A stretch of 64,000 bases of DNA from an uncultured Gemmatimonadales bacterium. GTDB lineage: Bacteria; Gemmatimonadota; Gemmatimonadetes; Longimicrobiales; RSA9. The notes beneath the pieces are model-generated. The model was not told the origin of the DNA and did no database searches. It was given only the letters and a program-made list of their open reading frames with translations. Positions 58,415 to 64,000 of the stretch are shown piece by piece (positions within the stretch are counted from its first letter, which is position 1; every line of letters starts with the position of its first letter). The DNA lies in NCBI GenBank assembly GCA_963816355.1, contig CAWFKH010000006.1, forward strand, positions 448,001 through 512,000, written 5' to 3'. Position numbers and translations under genes: made by a program.

Positions 58415-59161
58415 GTGGCTCAGCGCCAGAGGAAAGGCACCGGCAGGACCGGGTCGGGGATGAAGCCGTTCTACCTCGTCCTCATCGCGGTCGCCGTGAT
58501 CGGCGTGGCGATCATCGCCTACGCTGCGGCGCGCGCGAAGAACGGCATGGCGACCGAGCCGATCGACATGAGCGCGCTGAACGACCCGCAGCAGATCTAC
58601 AACCAGGCGACGCCGATCGTGATCGGCAACGAAAACGCGCCGGTGAAGCTGGTCGAGTTCGCCGACTACATGTGCCCCGGCTGCGGCTACTTCGCCACGC
58701 AGGTGCAGCCGGTCCTGGAGGAGCGCTTCGTCAAGTCCGGGCAGCTTCAGCTCACGCTCTACGATTTCCCGCTCGGCGGCGCGCACGTGCACTCCTTCCT
58801 CGCGGCGCGCGCCGCCCGCTGCGCCGGTGACCAGGGCAAGTTCGAGGATTATCACAACCTCCTCTTCGGACGCCAGACGCAGTGGTCGCCGCTCTCCCGC
58901 AACGACGTACCGGGCCGCTTCGTCGACTACGCCGGCGAACTGGGCCTCGACAAGGCGGCGTTCCAGGGCTGCCTCGAGAGCGACAAGTACGCCGACGTCG
59001 TTTCCGCGAACCGGCGCCTCGGCGAGGAGCTGGGCGTGAACCAGACGCCCACCGTGATCATCAACGGCAGGCAGCCGCGCAATCCGAACGACATCGACGA
59101 GGTCACCCGCCTCATCGAGGAGAGCCTTGGCGGCCAGACCTCGGCCAAGCCGACCGGCTGA
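58415..59161 (+). CDS. Membrane-anchored DsbA-family thiol-disulfide oxidoreductase
   Basis: GGAGG RBS, TM anchor, 'EFADYMCPGC', 'GVNQTPT'. Confidence 0.9.
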   Translation: MAQRQRKGTGRTGSGMKPFYLVLIAVAVIGVAIIAYAAARAKNGMATEPIDMSALNDPQQIYNQATPIVIGNENAPVKLVEFADYMCPGCGYFATQVQPVLEERFVKSGQLQLTLYDFPLGGAHVHSFLAARAARCAGDQGKFEDYHNLLFGRQTQWSPLSRNDVPGRFVDYAGELGLDKAAFQGCLESDKYADVVSANRRLGEELGVNQTPTVIINGRQPRNPNDIDEVTRLIEESLGGQTSAKPTG

Positions 59162-59162
59162 G

Positions 59163-59645
59163 GTGAGGACGCCGGAGACGCGGCCGCCGCAGGCCTCGCC
59201 CGCCGCGCAGCCGCCCGCGAGCCGCATGGTCGTCGCGACGCTCGCGCTGGTCGGCCTCCTGATCTCGCTCTACCTCTACCTCTACAAGATCGGCGTCTTC
59301 GGCGCGCTGCTGTGCGGGAGCGGCTCCTGCGAGTACGTGCAGAGTTCGCCGTACGCGGTCCTGCTCGGGGTGCCCGTGGCGGCGTGGGGGGCGCTCGGCT
59401 ACGCGGCGCTCTTCGCGGTCTCGCTCGCCGGCCTGCAGCCTCGCTTCGCGGATGACCGTCGCGTCGCGCTCGCGCTGCTCGCGATCGCGTCGGGCGGGGT
59501 CCTCGTCACCGCCTATCTGACCGCCGTGGAGGCGTTCGTCCTCCACGCCTGGTGCCAGTGGTGTCTGGGGTCGGCGGCCATCATCACGCTGCTCTTCCTC
59601 TTCACCCTTGCCGAGATCCCGCGTCTGGGGAGTCATCGTGGCTGA
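59163..59645 (+). CDS. Vitamin K epoxide reductase (VKOR) family protein
   Basis: Four TM helices; 'CGSGSC' loop pair, 'CQWC'; alternative start ATG 59226. Confidence 0.9.
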   Translation: MRTPETRPPQASPAAQPPASRMVVATLALVGLLISLYLYLYKIGVFGALLCGSGSCEYVQSSPYAVLLGVPVAAWGALGYAALFAVSLAGLQPRFADDRRVALALLAIASGGVLVTAYLTAVEAFVLHAWCQWCLGSAAIITLLFLFTLAEIPRLGSHRG

Positions 59646-59865
59646 CATGAGCGAGAACCGCATCCGCGTCCCGGTCCGCCTCGTCTTCGCCGACCGCGGC
59701 TCCTTCCACGAGCTCGTCGTGCGGCTCCCCGCCGATCTGCTCGCGGGCTACGAGCGGCTGATCGACGCGCTGCGGGAGGATCCGGGGATCACCGGCGAGG
59801 TCTTCGTCGATCCGCGTCGCCTGGTGGCGGCGTACCGCGAGCCGGAGGCGCCGCCCGAGCCGTAG
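59638..59865 (+). CDS. Small hypothetical protein
   Basis: Overlaps the VKOR stop; 'YERLIDALREDP...VFVDPRRLVAAY'; alternative start ATG 59647. Confidence 0.65.
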   Translation: MADMSENRIRVPVRLVFADRGSFHELVVRLPADLLAGYERLIDALREDPGITGEVFVDPRRLVAAYREPEAPPEP

Positions 59866-59873
59866 TAGGACCC

Positions 59874-60593
59874 TCAGCGGTCTTCCTTCTTCTCCTGCAG
59901 CGCCTTGTCCAGCAGCGTCTTCCATTCCTCGAAGCTCTTCACCCCCACCACCATCTGCTTGTTGTTGATGACGAACGTCGGCGTCCCGTTCACCTGGGAG
60001 GCGGCGGCGGCGATGACGTCCTCGAGGATGAGTGGAGCGACGCTGTCGTCGGCGACGCAGGCGCGGAACGCGTCGAGGGGGACGCCGGCCTCGCGGGCGT
60101 AGCCGAGGAAGATCGGCGTGGGATCGCTCGAGCTCGCCCACGTGTCCTGGTTCGCGTACAACGCGTCGTGGAACGCCCAGAAGCGGTTCGCCACGCCGCC
60201 CGCGCACAGCGCCGCCTCCGCCGCCGCCCATCCGTAGCGGTGCATGGGCAGCGGCAGCGCGACGAACACCCACTTCACCTTGCCGGTGTCGACGTACGCG
60301 CTGTCGATGCGGGGCAGCACGTCCCGCGTGAAACGGGCGCAGTAGGGACACTGGAAGTCGGCGATCTCGTAGACGAGGACCGGGGCGGAGGCGGCGCCGC
60401 GGGCGCGCGACGACTGTGCCCGCTCCCTGAGGCTGACGACCGGCGCGGCGGCGCCGCCGCCGCTCTGGGCGCGAGCCGCGGGCGGGCACGCGAGGAGGGC
60501 GAGGATGGCGAGGGCGCCGGCGACGCGCGGAAGCGGCGGGACGCGCGGAAACGGCGGGACGCGCGGAAACGTCGGGGGACGGCTGCGGCTCAT
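59874..60593 (-). CDS. Secreted DsbA-family protein
   Basis: GAGGAG RBS; signal peptide; 'EIADFQCPYC', 'VNGTPTF'. Confidence 0.88.
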   Translation of the reverse strand: MSRSRPPTFPRVPPFPRVPPLPRVAGALAILALLACPPAARAQSGGGAAAPVVSLRERAQSSRARGAASAPVLVYEIADFQCPYCARFTRDVLPRIDSAYVDTGKVKWVFVALPLPMHRYGWAAAEAALCAGGVANRFWAFHDALYANQDTWASSSDPTPIFLGYAREAGVPLDAFRACVADDSVAPLILEDVIAAAASQVNGTPTFVINNKQMVVGVKSFEEWKTLLDKALQEKKEDR

Positions 60594-60660
60594 GGGGTGC
60601 GGCTCCTCGTGGTCTTTTCGGGTGGCGTCCGCGCCCGGCGTCGGAGCGTGCGACGCGCTT

Positions 60661-61248
60661 CTATACATTCCCGGAGTCCGCGTGTTTCTCCCGGTCCGCG
60701 AGGGTCTGCCGGGCGCGCTCGAGGGTCCACGCCCGCACGACCGGCGGCGGCCACGTGCCGGCGCGCGCGGCGGCGAGGAGACGCGCGGCCTCGGCGCGCG
60801 CGCGCTCGGCAGCGTCGTCGTCGAGATCACCGGCGGCGAGCGCGGCCTGCAACTCGTCCTCATCGAGGAGCGCGACGTTGCCGTCGGCACCCGCCCAGAC
60901 GTCGAGGAACAGGTCGGTCGTCTCCCACGTGCGGGCGTCGAGGAAGCGGACCGGCGTCAGCACGTTGGCGTAGCAGCCGGTGAAGGCACCATCGGCGGTG
61001 TGAAAGCGGCCGACGTCGTGCCACGCCCTGGGGAAGGTGAACCACACGATCGGCGACCCGGGCTCGAGGACCGTTCGTCCGCCGACCCGCATCGGGCGGA
61101 CGTCGGCGTCCTCCATGAGCGTGATCCAGGCCCCGGCTTTCTGGACGACGAGGCGCTGCGTGAAGAGGTCGATCCGGTCCGGCGGCCGGCGGTAGTGGAT
61201 GCGGACGTCGCCGGCCGCCTCGCCGGCGCCGCGGCCGGGAGCGGTCAA
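60661..61248 (-). CDS. DUF402-domain protein
   Basis: TTGA overlap with fadJ; 'WHDVGRFH...FTGCYANV...TDLFLDVW...LLDEDEL'. Confidence 0.8.
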   Translation of the reverse strand: MTAPGRGAGEAAGDVRIHYRRPPDRIDLFTQRLVVQKAGAWITLMEDADVRPMRVGGRTVLEPGSPIVWFTFPRAWHDVGRFHTADGAFTGCYANVLTPVRFLDARTWETTDLFLDVWAGADGNVALLDEDELQAALAAGDLDDDAAERARAEAARLLAAARAGTWPPPVVRAWTLERARQTLADREKHADSGNV

Positions 61249-63425
61249 CGCGCCGTGTCGTAGAAGCCGAGCCCGGCCAGCGCACGCTCGCGCAGGAGCG
61301 GCGCGGGCTCGAAGCGGGGGCCGACATCGCCCGCGAGCGCGTCGAGGCGCGCGACCACCTCGGCGAGGCCGAGCGAGTCGGCCCAGCGGAGGAGGCCGCC
61401 GCGGAACGGAGGGAAGCCGGTGCCGGTGATCATCCCGAGGTCGACGTCGCCGGGGCCGGCCACGATCCGCTCCTCCAGCACGCGGGCCGCCTCGTTGACC
61501 ATGGCGAGGACGGTGCGGTCCCGGATCGCGCCCGGCGGAATCGGTCGGCGTGCGGCGGGCACGGTGGGCGCGAGCTCGGCGTAGACGGCGTCGTCGACAC
61601 CCTTCTCCCGGCCCTCCTCGTAGGTGTAGAAGCCGCGGCCGTTCTTGCGGCCGAGGCGGTCGGTGCCGCCGAGCGCGGCGAGCGGCGGCGCCGGACGCAT
61701 GCGCTCCCCGAACGCCTCGTGCAGCGTCTCGCCGGCGTGGCGCGAGATGTCGAGGCCGACCTCGTCGAGCAGTCGGAACGGGCCCATCGGCATGCCGAAC
61801 TCGCGCAGCGTCCGGTCGACCTGGTCGATCCCGGCGCCGTCGGCGAGCAGCCAGCCCGCCTCGTTCAGGTACGGCGCGAGCAGCCGGTTCACGAGGAAAC
61901 CGGGGCCGTCGTCCACCAGCAGCGGCGTCTTGCCCAGCCGCAACGCGAGCGCGAAGGCGGTCGCAAGCGCTTCGTCCGAGCTCCTCTCGCCGCGGATCAC
62001 CTCCACCAGTGGCATCCGGTGCACCGGATTGAAGAAGTGCATGCCGCAGAAGCGCTCCGGCCGCGAAAGCGCGTCCTGGATGCTCGTGATCGGCAGCGAG
62101 GACGTGTTCGATGTCAGCACGCAGCCGGGCGGCGTCGCCTCCTCCGTCTCCCGCAGCACGGTCTTCTTCACGTCCAGCCGCTCGACCACCGCTTCGACGA
62201 CGAGGTCGGCGGTCGCGAAGCCGGCGTAATCGAGGCCGGGCGAGATGAGGCTCATCGCCTGGCGCGCCCGGGTGCGGTCGAGCTTGCGGCGCTCGACGGC
62301 GCGGTCGAAGAGAGCGCGCGCATGCGCGAGGCCGGCGGAGAGCGCGTCGGCGCGGATGTCCTTCAGGCGGACCGGAACGCCCTCGTACGCGAGGAGCTGC
62401 GCGATCGCGCCGCCCATCACGCCGGCGCCGAGCACGGCGACCCGCTCGACCGGCGCCGGCGGCGCGGACGGCGCCGCCTTCTTCGCGCCCTCCATGAGAA
62501 AGAAGACGTGGATCAGGTTCTTGCACACGTCGCCGACGACGAGACGGCCCACCGCTTCCGCCTCGACGCCGAGCGCCTCCTCGATCGGCAACGCCAGGGT
62601 GCGGTCGATCGTATCGAGCGCGGCGAGCGGCGCCGGGTAGTGGCCGCCGGTCTCCTTCATCACGCGCTTCCGCGCCGCCCACAGGATCGCCTTGCGGCCG
62701 ACCGCCGAGTTCTCGACGCGCCGGGCGAGGCCGCCGTCCGGCTTCGCCGCTCTCTCGCCTCCGCCTCTCGCCTCCGCCAGCGCGAGGGCGATCTCGCCGG
62801 CCCGCGCGTCGAGGATCGACGGCGGCACCCGCTCGTCGACGAGGCCGATCCGCTCCGCCCGGCGCGCGGAGACGGCGCGGCCGGTGACGATCAGCTCCGC
62901 GGCGGCCCGCACGCCCACCAGGCGGGGCAAGCGCGTCGTGCCGCCGAAGCCGGGGATGATGCCGAGGCGCACCTCCGGCAAGGCGATACGGGTCGCGTCG
63001 TCGTCGGCCGCGATACGGCGGTCGCAGGCGAGGGCGAGCTCGGTGCCGCCGCCGAGGCACGTCCCGCCGATGGCGGCGATGGTGGGGAGCGGCAGCGCGG
63101 CGAGGCGGGCGAAGATGCGCTGACCTTCACGCGCGCCCGCCGCGCCCCGGGCCGGATCGGTGATGCCGGCGATCTCGCGGATGTCCGCGCCGGCGATGAA
63201 GCTGCCTGACTTGCCGCTGCGGACGACGAGCGCGTGCACGGCGCCGTCGCGGGCGCGCTCCTCGATCTCGGCGAGCCGCGCGTCGAGCGTCGCCATGAGC
63301 GACGTCGAGAGAATGTTGTGGCGAGCGGCGGGGTCGTCGAACGTGAGACAGGCGACGCCGTCGCCGTCCACCTCCAGCGTCAGCGCCGCCTGCCTGGATT
63401 CGTCGCCTGCTCTGTCGTCTGCCAC
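61245..63425 (-). CDS. fadJ: Fatty-acid oxidation complex alpha subunit (enoyl-CoA hydratase / 3-hydroxyacyl-CoA dehydrogenase)
   Basis: 'FIAGADI', 'LGGGTELALAC', 'LPEVRLG', 'GAGVMG', 'SNTSSL', 'GMHFFNPVHRMPLVEV'. Confidence 0.92.
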   Translation of the reverse strand: MADDRAGDESRQAALTLEVDGDGVACLTFDDPAARHNILSTSLMATLDARLAEIEERARDGAVHALVVRSGKSGSFIAGADIREIAGITDPARGAAGAREGQRIFARLAALPLPTIAAIGGTCLGGGTELALACDRRIAADDDATRIALPEVRLGIIPGFGGTTRLPRLVGVRAAAELIVTGRAVSARRAERIGLVDERVPPSILDARAGEIALALAEARGGGERAAKPDGGLARRVENSAVGRKAILWAARKRVMKETGGHYPAPLAALDTIDRTLALPIEEALGVEAEAVGRLVVGDVCKNLIHVFFLMEGAKKAAPSAPPAPVERVAVLGAGVMGGAIAQLLAYEGVPVRLKDIRADALSAGLAHARALFDRAVERRKLDRTRARQAMSLISPGLDYAGFATADLVVEAVVERLDVKKTVLRETEEATPPGCVLTSNTSSLPITSIQDALSRPERFCGMHFFNPVHRMPLVEVIRGERSSDEALATAFALALRLGKTPLLVDDGPGFLVNRLLAPYLNEAGWLLADGAGIDQVDRTLREFGMPMGPFRLLDEVGLDISRHAGETLHEAFGERMRPAPPLAALGGTDRLGRKNGRGFYTYEEGREKGVDDAVYAELAPTVPAARRPIPPGAIRDRTVLAMVNEAARVLEERIVAGPGDVDLGMITGTGFPPFRGGLLRWADSLGLAEVVARLDALAGDVGPRFEPAPLLRERALAGLGFYDTAR

Positions 63426-63495
63426 GAGCGGCCTGCTCCCTTCGCGGGCGTCGGTTCCGGGCCGTGGCCCGGGACCCGCCCGGACCGCCGCCCCC

Positions 63496-64000
63496 TCAGA
63501 GCTTCGGGCGCACCTTCGCGTTCTCCCGGTTCAGCAGCACCGTGATGGGGTCGCCGCCCTTCACTTCGACGGGGACGTTCCAGTACAGCTCGTTGTACGG
63601 CAGCTCGTAGCGGGCGTAGACCCACCACTGCCCCTTCTTCGGGTGGAGACGGGCGGTCCCCTGCGCGTCGGTGGTGTCTGCGAGCAGGTCACGGCCCATT
63701 TCGTCCGCCCGCGCGGCCATGACGGAGTCGACGGCGGCGAACGCCTCGTCCGCCCACGCTTCGCGCTTCGCCTTGATCTCCTGCGACTGCGCCGTGAAGC
63801 GGCTCTGCAGGTCGGTGAACTCGCGGAACGCCTGGTCCATCGCCCGGCGCGCCGTCTTCTCGCGCTGGTCCAGGTTGTCGAAGTCGTTGAACAGGACGCG
63901 GTACTCGGCCGACGCCCGGTTCATCGCCTGCATCTTCTTCGAGATCGTCTGCAGGCTGTCGCGCGCGTCCTGCCACGCCTGCTCGGCGTCCTGCGACGCC
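63496..64000 (-). CDS. Hypothetical coiled-coil protein, 3' part only (runs off window end)
   Basis: Frame open to the window edge; helical region followed by beta-rich 'TTDAQG...GQWWVYARY...LYWNVPV'. Confidence 0.7.
   Translation of the reverse strand, partial: ASQDAEQAWQDARDSLQTISKKMQAMNRASAEYRVLFNDFDNLDQREKTARRAMDQAFREFTDLQSRFTAQSQEIKAKREAWADEAFAAVDSVMAARADEMGRDLLADTTDAQGTARLHPKKGQWWVYARYELPYNELYWNVPVEVKGGDPITVLLNRENAKVRPKL

Overview
Very GC-rich bacterial window. The gene content (SARP/BTAD-TPR regulator, VPS10/BNR hydrolases, many secreted peptidases, large NAD-GDH) suggests Gemmatimonadota, but that is inference. About 42 CDS are supported, mostly housekeeping or peptide catabolism: NAD-GDH, ilvE, uvrA, gyrA (1-bp frameshift), fadJ, mtgA, rlpA, M1/M28/S8/S9/P1 peptidases, three DsbA-like proteins and VKOR. 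The most interesting part is a module at about 22.0-34.4 kb. It holds two OM beta-barrels, a transmembrane SARP(BTAD)-TPR regulator, a subtilisin-PKD lipoprotein, a DsbA-like lipoprotein and a 1125-aa Cys-rich repeat lipoprotein with a CnaB/isopeptide-like pattern. The subtilisin and repeat-protein genes share a 35-bp upstream motif (29/35 identical) made of three (T/A)GACG repeats at an 11-bp period, typical of SARP operators. The repeat-protein leader also contains a c-di-GMP-I (GEMM)-like riboswitch. Other findings: a 300-bp inverted-repeat element with internal 13-bp tandem arrays, an orphan encapsulin-type ferritin, an IS1595-like element with eroded TIRs and degenerate catalytic residues, Met at the GyrA Ser83-equivalent site, and many short tandem duplications. 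No rRNA, tRNA or CRISPR array was recognised. Start codons were chosen by eye.
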